In this document: in pieces, positions 1-11,531 of the stretch | Layout: each line of letters opens with the position of its first letter | Position numbering within the stretch: the first letter of the stretch is position 1 | Source: Massalongia carnosa | Lineage: Eukaryota | Reading direction: 5' to 3' | Length of the DNA: 64,000 nt | Assembly (NCBI GenBank): GCA_965645245.1 | Contig: OZ287068.1 | Location: forward strand, 2,790,001-2,854,000 | Translations under genes and position numbers: made by a program | Notes under the pieces: model-generated | Seen by the model: the letters and a program-made list of their open reading frames with translations, nothing else | What the model was told of the DNA's origin: nothing | Database searches by the model: none

Positions 1-312
1 GAGCAAAATCTGTGCCTAGCTTTCGAAAGCAATAGCTTTTCAACTCCTTCGTATGCTTGGAATAATCGCTTAACCCCATTAGCTCTAGCTCAGCCCTGCA
101 GGCTACCATGACTGTCGTGATGAGTCAGCTCCTTTTAGACGTCTCGAGCCAATAGTTGAATAAATGAAGCGCTATTGATCGATTTGTCTAGCCAATCAGA
201 CGAGTATTACCTCTTCTTGCTTGCGCCAAGGTGCAGTACAAAGCTGCGAATTTCTTTTCTTAGATGGATCGTACACTTTTCCAACTACAAGATCGCAAAG
301 TCTTGAATTGAG

Positions 313-3300
313 ATGCCGTTTAAGCTTAAAGGCCTTTTCCGCTCAAGAGAATCAAGGTCGCAATCATCACTGCCGACGCCTCCCCCGCCGATACCTGAAC
401 AGCCCTGCGGATCCTCCTCACAAGCCGCCGAATCGCAAGACCTAGCCGTCCAACTATCCCAGACGATCATCGGTCCGACATCGACTGCTACAAATATACA
501 AGCTTCTCCAGCACCCATCGGAGAAGGCCAGAACTATGGCGTCAAAGTGCTGTACGATGGTGGCGTGGAGGCGAGTGTCGATATCGTGTTCGTGCACGGG
601 TTGACGGGCAATGCGTATAACACCTGGCTTCATAAGGACAAGGGCACAAGGATGCATTGGCCGAGCGAACTTCTGAAACAAGACTTGCCGGATGCACGCA
701 TTTTGAGCTTTGGCTATGACGCAGATATCGTCAATTTCTGGAACCCAGCATCAAACAGTCGACTGAGCAATCATGCTGAGAATATGGTTGGCGATCTTGT
801 GCGAAAGCGAGAGAGAACGAATTCAGAAGCCAGAAAGATTCTATTTATTGCTCACAGTCTGGGTGGACTTGTTATTGAGCACGCTCTCGGCTATTCGAGG
901 AATACCGCAGATAAGTTCCTTCGTCAGATCGAGCGCTGCACGGCTGGGATAGTCTTTCTGGGAGTTCCGCATTGTGGGTCTGATTTAGCATCATGGGCAA
1001 GCTTCGGGACACGAATGATCAATCTCCTCAAACGCTCAAACTCAGACATCGTAGGAGTATTGAAGCCAGGATCCGAAATGCTTCGCATGGTGGGAAATGA
1101 ATTTCAAAACATCCTCAGACTAAGGAAGGATGAAGGGTCTGAGATCTCAATCACATGTTTCTATGAAGAACTTGGTGTTATAGGGGTTGGAGAAGTATGA
1201 ATGTCAATGAATCACACTAGACGTTGATCCTGATTCGTCTAGATTGTGCCTTTACATTCGGCAGAGATTAGGGGTTATAGCTGTTATGGCATTCACGCAA
1301 ATCACATGGTAATTCGGGTGATGTCATCGGTTGTTCTATTTGCTAATCATCATAGGACATGACAAAGTTCTCAAACCGAGAAGATCACGGATACGACGCC
1401 ATTCTAGGTGAACTTCAGCGCTGGGAAAAGTCAGTTCGCAGAGCATTGGGGAATGATCGACAATCAGGTCAGGCTCGAGTCTTTGTTCATATCCCCCGGT
1501 GATTTTACTTAAGACGTCGCAACCACTTTTAGTGGGTGTTGTCGAGAGCTCAGGATTCCTTCGCCTTGAATTCGTTTTTTAGATACTCAAAAGCTGATCT
1601 TCTTGTTTTTGTCAGCGGTGAATAAAGTCATAGATCAGCGAGAAGATACTTCGACCGGCATAAGGACCGAGATGGGTGACCGCAAACGGCTGACGTCGGG
1701 TACGATGGCCGAGCAGGTCTCGAATCAGTTTGGTGACAGTCATGCTCGGACCAGCCAAGTGGTCCAAGGAAACTTCTACAATGCAGTCTTTAGTCAGTCC
1801 TCTCGCCGCTAACGGTGCTTCAAATCTAACCGAGACCCACATTACAAGACCCCAAAACAACAGCGTGGTCAGACTCCACCGGTCAGTAATCTCATAACAT
1901 ATTGAGCCCCCTTGTCCGCTATGAACGCAGACCTTCGATTTACTACAAGACCAGTGACCACCTAACAGCTCCATATAATGTACACAGATTATAAAACGGC
2001 CAGCCAATGGATGGTGCCTCGTTCCGCCAGCCGTGTCTATACTGGACGAGGAGAGATTGCGGAGCGCCTTGCTCAAGTGCTTTCATTTGATGTCTCGAAG
2101 CCTGCGAAACAACAAAGACTTTTCGTCATCATCGGTATTGGTGGTACAGGCAAGAGCGAAGTCTGTCTGAAGTTTGCCGAAGATCATCGAGACGAGTAAG
2201 TGAAATTAAACGCCTTGCCGATATCCTGCTGACAAGCTAGGTACTGGGGGGTTTTCTGGCTTGACGTTAGGACCACCACCACGGCTGAGCAGGGATATAT
2301 CGAGATAGGGCGACGGTGCGGTGTAACTGAACCGACCCTTGAAAATGTGAAGTCATGGCTAGCCTGCAGTAGTCAACGGTGGCTTCTAATCCTCGACAAT
2401 GCTGATAATCTAGAAATTGACTACTCCGAATATATGCCACCCGGTAGGAGAGGCGACATCTTGCTCACTACACGCAATCCAGAATGCGCTACATACAACA
2501 CCGTGGGACGTGAAACGCTGAGTGGTCTCGAGCCTGAGCTTGCCCGGGAACTCCTACTCCGGGCTAGCTGTACAACAGAGAGTCGGTGGAAGGAAAAAGA
2601 GAAAGCTGCTATGGCAGTTGTCAGAATCCTTGAATCACATACGCTTGCAATTATTCAAGCAGGCGCGTTTATCAGGCAAAAGTTGTGTACTCTCGAGCAG
2701 TATCCGATCATCTTTCAGCAGCAACGAGGGCAGCTTCTGAAGTTTCACTCAAAGCAAAACCTGTCAGTGTATCGCAATGTGTATACGACATTCGAGGTTT
2801 CCGCAGAATATCTTCAGAACTCTAAATTGTCAGAGAATTTGAATGCTTTGAACTTTCTTCATACTCTTGCGTTCATGCATAACAGTGGAATTTCGGAGAC
2901 AATATTTCGGAAAGCTTCTGAATATGCCTCCGAGCTCAAGGAGACGGGGACAAGTAATGACGACGAAGTCTTATCTTTATCCGTGCGTCACGTCGCGAGG
3001 CTGCCGGAATATGCTCAGCAGGGATGGTCTAGGCTTCAAGACCGCTTGCGATGGCGCAAAGCTTGTACAATCTTGGAATCTTTGTCGATCATCACCGTGC
3101 ACGAGAATGACGATTCTATCACTATTACCGCGCATTCTCTGGTGCATGCATGGGCTAAAGAGCGGCAAGACAATCAAAGTCGATGTAGAGCGTGGCAGTC
3201 AGCCGCGACCATCGTCGCGCTATCATGTCAGGGATGGTACTCCTATTGTCCTTTTTTTAGCTTTCTCCTACCTCACGTGCGAGCCTGTGTGAACCACGAA

Positions 3301-6171
3301 ATCGAAGAATACACACAGACCATGTCCGATATCGAAGCTGCTCAAATACTTTTCCAACTTGCGTACGTTCTCTATACCATGAATGAGAGCTCGCTTGCTT
3401 TTCTTGTTCAACGCATCCGCTTGAGGCTGCAAAGTAAATATAGAGCCGATCAGGAAGTAGCACTACAAATCAAAATTTTTACTGGACGAGTATCATTGCA
3501 ACAGGGGAAACATGGAGAGGCGGTTAATGTTTTCAGAAACATTGTCGATTGTCGATCTCGAGCGTCGGCCGAAGACAATTCCTCTAGGCTTGCTTCGCAG
3601 CATGAGCTCGCCGGTGCTTATGAAGCAAACGGGCAAGTTGATGAAGCCGTCGAGCTGCTCGAGCAGGTCGTCAAGGTTGAAGAAAAGCTGGCCGAAGATC
3701 ATCCCTCCCGACTAGCTTCGCAGCATGCGCTCGCCGGTGCTTATCAAGCAAACGGGCAAGTTGATGAAGCCGTCGAGCTGCTCGAGCAGGTCGTCAAGGT
3801 TCAAGAAAAGCTGGCCGAAGATCATCCCTCCCGACTTGCTTCGCAGCATGCGCTCGCCGGTGCTTATCAAGCAAACGGGCAAGTTGATGAAGCCGTCGAG
3901 CTGCTCGAGCACGTCGTCAAGGTTCAAGAAAAGCTGGCCGAAGATCATCCCTCCCGACTTGCTTCGCAGCATGCGCTCGCCGGTGCTTATCAAGCAAACG
4001 GGCAAGTTGATGAAGCCGTCGAGCTGCTCGAGCAGGTCGTCAAGATTAAAGAAAAGCTGGCCGAAGATCATCCCTCCCGACTTGCTTCGCAGCATGCGCT
4101 CGCCGGTGCTTATCAAGCAAACGGGCAAGTTGATGAAGCCGTCGAGCTGCTCGAGCACGTCGTCAAGGTTCAAGAAAAGCTGGCCGAAGATCATCCCTCC
4201 CGACTTGCTTCGCAGCATGCGCTCGCCGGTGCTTATCAAGCAAACGGGCAAGTTGATGAAGCCGTCGAGCTGCTCGAGCAGGTCGTCAAGATTAAAGAAA
4301 AGCTGGCCGAAGATCATCCCTCCCGACTTGCTTCGCAGCATGCGCTCGCCGGTGCTTATCAAGCAAACGGGCAAGTTGATGAAGCCGTCGAGCTGCTCGA
4401 GCACGTCGTCAAGGTTCATGAAAAGCTGGCCGAAGATCATCCCTCTCGACTTGCTTCGCAGCATGCGCTCGCCGGTGCTTATCAAGCAAACGGGCAAGTT
4501 GATGAAGCCGTCGAGCTGCTCGAGCACGTCGTCAAGGTTCAAGAAAAGCTGGCCGAAGATCATCCCTCCCGACTTGCTTCGCAGCATGAGCTCGCCGGTG
4601 CTTATCAAGCAAACGGGCAAGTTGATGAAGCCGTCGAGCTGCTCGAGCACGTCGTCAAGGTTCAAGAAAAGCTGGCCGAAGATCATCCCTCCCGACTTGC
4701 TTCGCAGCATGCGCTCGCCGGTGCTTATCAAGCAAACGGGCAAGTTGCTGAAGCCGTCGAGCTGCTCGAGCAGGTCGTCAAGGTTGAAGAAAAGCTGGCC
4801 GAAGATCATCCCTCCCGACTTGCTTCGCAGCATGAGCTCGCCGGTGCTTATCAAGCAAACGGGCAAGTTGATGAAGCCGTCGAGCTGCTCGAGCACGTCG
4901 TCAAGGTTCAAAGAAAGCTGACCGAAGATCATCCCTCCCGACTTGCTTCGCAGCATGCGCTCGCCGGTGCTTATCAAGCAAACGGGCAAGTTGATGAAGC
5001 CGTCGAGCTGCTCGAGCAGGTCGTCAAGGTTGAAGAAAAGCTGGCCGAAGATCATCCCTCCCGACTTGCTTCGCAGCATGCGCTCGCCGGTGCTTATCAA
5101 GCAAACGGGCAAGTTGATGAAGCCGTCGAGCTGCTCGAGCACGTCGTCAAGGTTCGTAAAAAGCTGGCCGAAGATCATCCCTCCCGACTTGCTTCGCAGC
5201 ATGCGCTCGCCGGTGCTTATCAAGCAAACGGGCAAGTTGATGAAGCCGTCGAGCTGCTCGAGCAGGTCGTCAAGATTAAAGAAAAGCTGGCCGAAGATCA
5301 TCCCTCCCGACTTGCTTCGCAGCATGCGCTCGCCGGTGCTTATCAAGCAAACGGGCAAGTTGATGAAGCCGTCGAGCTGCTCGAGCACGTCGTCAAGATT
5401 AAAGAAAAGCTGGCCGAAGATCATCCCTCCCGACTTGCTTCGCAGCATGCGCTCGCCGGTGCTTATCAAGCAAACGGGCAAGTTGATGAAGCCGTCGAGC
5501 TGCTCGAGCAGGTCGTCAAGGTTGAAGAAAAGCTGGCCGAAGATCATCCCTCCCGACTTGCTTCGCAGCATGCGCTCGCCGGTGCTTATCAAGCAAATGG
5601 GCAAGTTGATGAAGCCGTCGAGCTGCTCGAGCACGTCGTCAAGGTTGAAGAAAAGCTGGCCGAAGATCATCCCTCCCGACTTGCTTCGCAGCATGCGCTC
5701 GCCGGTGCTTATCAAGCAAACGGGCAAGTTGATGAAGCCGTCGAGCTGCTCGAGCACGTCGTCAAGGTTCAAGAAAAGCTGGCCGAAGATCATCCCTCCC
5801 GACTTGCTTCGCAGCATGCGCTCGCCGGTGCTTATCAAGCAAACGGGCAAGTTGATGAAGCCGTCGAGCTGCTCGAGCAGGTCGTCAAGATTAAAGAAAA
5901 GCTGGCCGAAGATCATCCCTCCCGACTTGCTTCGCAGCATGCGCTCGCCGGTGCTTATCAAGCAAACGGGCAAGTTGATGAAGCCGTCGAGCTGCTCGAG
6001 CAGGTCGTCAAGGTTGAAGAAAAGCTGGCCGAAGATCATCCTGACCGACTTGCTTCGCAGCATGCGCTCGCCGGTGCTTATCAAGCAAACGGGCAAGTTG
6101 ATGAAGCCGTCGAGCTGCTCGAGCACGTCGTTAAGGTTCAAGAAAAGCTGGCCGAAGATCATTCCTCTTGA
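313..6171 (+). CDS. Fungal NLR: SesB-like alpha/beta hydrolase + NB-ARC (STAND) + TPR array; 6 predicted exons (313-1194, 1243-1308, 1356-1467, 1616-1792, 1988-2195, 2241-6171), 1791 aa
   Basis: Hydrolase motifs IVFVHGLTG, AHSLGG and HANHMDM; Walker A GIGGTGKS; Walker B WLLILDNAD; 41-aa TPR repeats. GT..AG introns with CTRAY-like branch sites join all exons in frame (5376 nt). Confidence 0.85.
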
Positions 6172-6476
6172 CTTGCTTCGCAGCATGCGCTCGCCGGTGC
6201 TTATCAAGCAAACGGGCAAGTTGATGAAGCCGTCGAGCTGCTCGAGCAGGTCGTCAAGCTTAAAGAAAAGCTGGCCGAAGATCATCCTGACCGCCTTGCT
6301 TCGCAGCATGCGCTCGCCGGTGCTTATCAAGCAAACGGGCAAGTTGATGAAGCCGTCGAGCAGCTCGAGCACGTCGTCAAGGTTAGTAAAAAGCTGGCCG
6401 AAGATCATCCCTCTCGACTTGCTTCGCAGCATGAGCTCGCCGGTGCTTATCAAGCAAACGGGCAAGTTGACGAGGC
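3568..6476 (+). repeat. Tandem array of ~23.6 near-identical 123-bp units encoding 41-aa TPR repeats
   Basis: Unit AEDHPSRLASQH[A/E]LAGAYQANGQVDEAVELLE[Q/H]VVK[V/I]xEKL repeats with a strict 123-bp period from 3568. Confidence 0.97.
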
Positions 6477-8329
6477 GGCAGGGATTGAGAGTAGGCCCAT
6501 ACCGGATCATTTTGGATAAGTCATGAAAGCTCTACTATGGATCTTTAAACTTTCTTTCTCCTTTAATCAAATTTAATTAAAGAGTCAACAGCATGTGAAG
6601 GAGAAAATTGAATTGGTGTTTCGCCGTCCTCTACCTTACAGTGATTCAGTCTATACGGGCTTAATGGATTTTCAAGGTATCAAATCATCAGCAGCGTTTA
6701 GTGTTGAAATTGCTACCCAGAACAAGAATATATAATAAGAGGCTCTGGCAATTTTTCTTTTGCAACATCCTTCATAATACTGAACGCGCGGTTCGAGCGT
6801 TCGGCCACGAACACAACAAGAGCCATTATGTACCTCCAGCTATCAGAGAGGGCTATGCGAGAGTAAATGAAGAGGATCGCTCCCCACGCGCTCTAGTGCT
6901 AGGGCAGCTAGTACTGGAATTGGAGCGGTTGATGCTGATGCTGGGGTAGCTGGTGTTGGGGGAGCTGGTGTTGATGCTGAAGATGGGTCTGGAATTAGCT
7001 TACGTCAATGGCAGGTCAAGCCCAATCTATCTAGTGATTACTACTACATGACGTGAAGATCCTAGATCCGAGCTGATTGTGATCCTCTGCCTGCCGTTTT
7101 TAGTTGTTCGTTTTTGAGAGCAATGTGAGTATGACATGACCGTCAAGATGACCTTCATGCTGACATAACAAGTTGTCTAGGATGATTGAGGTGAACATGC
7201 TGCTGATACGACGAATGATCGCTGATATGATGAGTGACTCACAGCGGATGACCCATGATGCTGATATGAAGGATGATCATGATGATTGTTGAGGTGACTT
7301 ATGATGAATGACTCATGATCGATAGATGACAGCAGGACTGTCTCATTTATCAAGCTATTCATTGGCCTTAGCGCCTCCTGCCCTTGGATCTCGGAATTCT
7401 CTGCTCTTGGCATGTTGAAACTGACTGCAACAGGCGGAATGATAGGACTGAGCGACAAACGAGTTTTGCTCATGCAAAGGAGACTGGAAGGAACGATTGA
7501 CTATCTACCACTATTTACGTAGGGTAAAACGGCTCATGTTCATACCCGTCCACCAGCTATGCTTGAAGCCTCCATTTCCATCTCGTCGGTCGCCTCTTCC
7601 GATGACTCCATGAAAGTTTGCCACCGGTGCAGACCTTTTATTGCTGAGATAGATGCAAATTGCTTGTCAGCTGGTTTCGGCACTTGACATTGCTTGCCCG
7701 TTTTAACATGTCACAGGTAGCCAGGAGTATCGAGAGGAAGATATAAATCGCCATGTCACCTAAGAAGAGTCGAGGGTTGGCCGTGCTTCGCGCCTAAGGG
7801 TGGTGTTAATATTCTATTAAGTTTGAGGGCGTGGTTGTTTTCGTTCATAATGATATTTTAAATGTTACACACATCTACACAAGGATATAGATTGAAAGGG
7901 CCCGAAAAGGAGCAGATAAGCAGTTGTTGGTATATATATTGTACTTCAAGAGACTCTGATGCAACCGGAATGGAGATCGTCCCCTCGTGGCAATGGAGAA
8001 CAGATGGGAGTATAACTATAACTGCGAGAAGAAAGATGCAAACTTAAGTCTTTGGACAGGCACAAACCTACCACTCTGTCAGCAAAACTTTGTCAGCACC
8101 TTGAAGAGGGTTTTATAGTCTGATTTGATATAATCCAGGACACGTGAACAAACCACCGCGATGGACACATGTTACCAAAAAGTACTCCATGCATGCATTG
8201 CTATCTATAAAATAGAGTTAAAGACAAAGAAACGCCCGCCATTGTATCATCAGCATCCTATCCTTCGTGAGAAATGTTCAAGTTTCAAACAAAATCAGGA
8301 CGCGAACCATGTCAATGATTTCGACAGAC

Positions 8330-9857
8330 CTAGCTTATGGCGTAGAGGCTGTGTCCGGTGCCCAAGTATTTGTGTACAGCATGCTGATAAGTCTGCTCGT
8401 CCAAAACTGCACCGAAGCTGTATCCAAGTTAGCGTCTACCAAAAGAAAGGGGTAATAGGAACAAGGACTTACCCATAACAAGTCACAACTAGACTCAGTT
8501 CATTCTTCAAACTGTCGAGACCCCGACGATCCAGTTTCCAGAAATCGAAATGTTTGCGAATACGATGCCATGCTTCCACCGGCGTGATTTCGCCATCAAG
8601 ATTGATACTCGATGAGAGGTTGAGTAGCTCTTTGATAACCGAGCCATTGGCTGTCCAGTTCCACGAGGTATTCAGCTCGGGTTGGCGTGGTGCGCTAGAA
8701 ATAAGTGGTGCCGAAGCCATGTGGACGTGGCCTGAGGGGTTGGTAGAAGACGAGCCCGCTGGGTGCTGAATATGCGTCATACATGGATGCTCAAGAGCAA
8801 GAACAAACTCTATTGCTATATCGGGAGTATCCAGATGCTTGGACGCTGTCTTGACAGAGGGGTTTTCGTGTTCTGGAGTACCAAAGTCTATTGGCTGTAA
8901 CGAGAATTCTTCTCCAGTTAGTAATTCTCATTTGGTAGTCGTCGAAACCAACATACCGTCTGGAAAGTTTTGAAGAGCTTCTTTGTCGGGCGGCTCACAG
9001 TAGCGGTGTGAAAACACTTTGGACGTCGGTCCTTGAGCAATGTTATAGGGCTTTTGGAGAATTTCCTGTGTTGACGTTGGAGTCCAGTTTAAATGTAGTC
9101 GTTCATGGCTTAGCTCATCTGTTCGATAGGAGACGGTCGCTATTTCTGAATCATTGAAGCCTATGATCTGATCTTCAGGCATCGTGGGCTGATCTATTCC
9201 AGGTGGAAGAGGAATGTTGGAGAACATCAAGGTAGTTCTTAGCATATTGACTTGGCCTCGAAGTCGGTCCTTTTCCTGCATCAAGTTTGTCTCCGAGCCC
9301 CTGAGTCGGACAACTTCAGATTCCAACGTCTTAATGTAATTCTGGGTGCGTTGTCGATGAACCCTGCGCATGTGAAATTAGCCAATGCATGATCGAAAAA
9401 TATAATCCATCATAGTGAATATGATTACTTCTGGGCATGGCGGACTTGTTCTCTTCGTTTGCTTGGCGCTGCCGGACCCGTACCAGAAGCAGAGGCATCA
9501 TTGGTTTTGCCTAGAAACAAATGCAACTATTAGCATAACCCATCTACGCTGAATAAGCTATTGGGAGGGTGTGTCTCAGCCAGGGTTGGCGAATGACGAC
9601 ATTTTGAAGTTGGTGTTGGGAGCATGAAATGAAATATCAGGTTTCATAAAGGCATGCGCACCGGGTGAGGGCCTGCTCTGAGGCTGCAGAAAGGTCAGAG
9701 AGTTTGTCCCAAGCGTTCTTTTAGCTCGTTTCCATAACGAATCGTTTCCTTCCTTGCGCGTTCTTGCGCGAGTGGTAGCAGACTTCACCACCTTTGCTGG
9801 AGGGGAGACAGGGGACAGCTGCGTATCAGATGGGGTTGATGGGGATGGTGCCGACAT
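8330..9857 (-). CDS. bZIP transcription factor (multi-exon; first intron boundary uncertain)
   Basis: Spliced basic region KRREQVRHAQK|VHRQRTQNYIKTLESEVVRLR followed by a zipper; C-terminal block GEITPVEAWHRI...VTCYG|FGAVLDE seen in fungal bZIPs; stop TAG at 8330-8332. Confidence 0.8.
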
Positions 9858-10288
9858 AGTTGCAGAGTTTGTCAGAAGTTAATGACGAAATGGTCTCAAT
9901 CACAGTTCTTGTCGGATTTGATTCGATCTTGGTTCCGAATAGGGGGTCTTGAGGGGGGAATAAATCCAATATCTTGTGACAACCAAGTCCATTGTGATTC
10001 GTCGAGATGGGCAAAGGAGGCTCATCAACTGGGATGCTCATAAGGCCATTGAGAGTTGACGGTAATTGTTATTGATGGATGAGGAATCATCCTTTCAAGT
10101 GTGACGCATAAACAGATACACAGGTGGAGTATATTGTATGTAGAGAGTACTTTATTACTCTATCATCTGGCTGTTAAACGTTTCGAGAAGATTTGGAATT
10201 ATGGTCGGAGGTTTCAGTTATTTGACTAGCCAAATGACTGAGGTTCCTTACTCATCAAAATAAGGTTCATTTGAGGCTGTGTACTCAT

Positions 10289-10387
10289 TAATCGTCGGCT
10301 CGCTTACCTCCGGGATCCGACTTGAAAAAATGTCGACCGCATGACATTTTTCAAGTCGGATCCCGGAGGTAAGCGAGCCGACGATTA
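10289..10387. repeat. Near-perfect 46/45-bp inverted repeat (hairpin, MITE-like)
   Basis: 10289-10334 is the reverse complement of 10343-10387 except for one A in a homopolymer run; 8-nt loop; both ends are TA. Confidence 0.9.
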
Positions 10388-10913
10388 CTCTAGAAATAAT
10401 AATATTCCGAGATGTCACGTGAAGGCGTCGTTGAGGGCGTGAGGGGCTCTTCTGAATTCTAGCTGAGCCTTAGCGATGCTTCAAGAGTTTCAAATATCTC
10501 CTTTGACGTCGGTAAAGCTGCCAAAACACCGTTTAATAACACTTTTCCTACGAGTAATGTAATGAAGCGGCGTTTTGGCCCCTAGATAGCGAAATGTGCG
10601 GATATTCTCGATCAAGTTCTTGCCAAATCATCCGAGGCCGTAGTCACAATTAACGCAGCAATGTACAAAAATCTACTTTTATTATTATACCCGTAAGCTT
10701 CAAATAAGTTCTATAAAGAAAGACTTATTATATCTTAATGGCTATCATGAAAATCAAAGAATTCACTCTAGTATTTAAAAAATAATTTTGTTGTCTTCAA
10801 TCGTGATCAAAATCACAGTTATCCTGGAATTACTTAAGCTACTTATCCCGTCACGTTAAGTTTTCCTTTCCTTTCACCCACATGCCACGATCTATCAATA
10901 GATCCTTCAGAAA

Positions 10914-11531
10914 ATGCGAGTCACGATCGAATCATATAATCCTGAATGGCCTAAATCCTTTGCTTTAGTTAAAGCTTCCCTTCATGACGCCCTTCGCTCG
11001 GTCTCCATCCTGGAAATTGAACACGTCGGTAGCACATCGGTTCCAAACCTTGCCGCGAAACCCATCCTCGATATCGATGTTGTCGTCACCCGCCCTTCTG
11101 TCCCCCTTGTCATAGCAGCTCTCAAACACAGCGGGTATACGTACTACGGCACTTGGGGCATTCCAGACCGGCACGCGTTTCAAGCCGCAGGCCAGGTTCC
11201 CGCCACGAACCTCTACGTTTGCGTGGAGGGTTGTCTTGCACTGCGGAATCACCTTGCGGTCCGAGATATGCTCCGTAAAGATGCGGGCTTGCGGGATGGG
11301 TATGCGGCTGTGAAAATGGCATTGGCACAAAGAGAGTGGGAAAATATGATCGCCTATACGAAAGCCAAAAATGGAATTTTGGGGAAGATTCTGGGAAAAG
11401 CCGGTATTGGCGAGTCGGATTTAGCAAATATTGAAAAAATCAATACCAGGGTTGTTGAAGTGCGACGCTGCCACATGTTGGTTACCGTACCGCTTGATGA
11501 AGAATTCGCGAAAGAGCGTGCGAAGCCCTGA
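10914..11531 (+). CDS. GrpB/UPF0157 family nucleotidyltransferase-fold protein, intronless
   Basis: IEHVGSTSVPNLAAKPILDIDVVV, NHLAVRDMLR and YAAVK..LA..Y..AK motifs. Confidence 0.9.
   Translation: MRVTIESYNPEWPKSFALVKASLHDALRSVSILEIEHVGSTSVPNLAAKPILDIDVVVTRPSVPLVIAALKHSGYTYYGTWGIPDRHAFQAAGQVPATNLYVCVEGCLALRNHLAVRDMLRKDAGLRDGYAAVKMALAQREWENMIAYTKAKNGILGKILGKAGIGESDLANIEKINTRVVEVRRCHMLVTVPLDEEFAKERAKP

Noticed and set aside
3568..6476. CRISPR-like appearance of the regular repeats
   Set aside because: Contiguous coding repeats with no unique spacers, in a eukaryotic genome with no cas genes.
3712..6526. 932-aa antisense ORF and 398/527-aa alternate-frame ORFs
   Set aside because: By-products of a stop-free 123-bp unit being repeated; they have no independent domain content.
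6880..7480. Low-complexity GATGA-rich tract and 98-aa minus-strand ORF
   Set aside because: Possibly a decayed gene fragment, but no family or structure could be supported.
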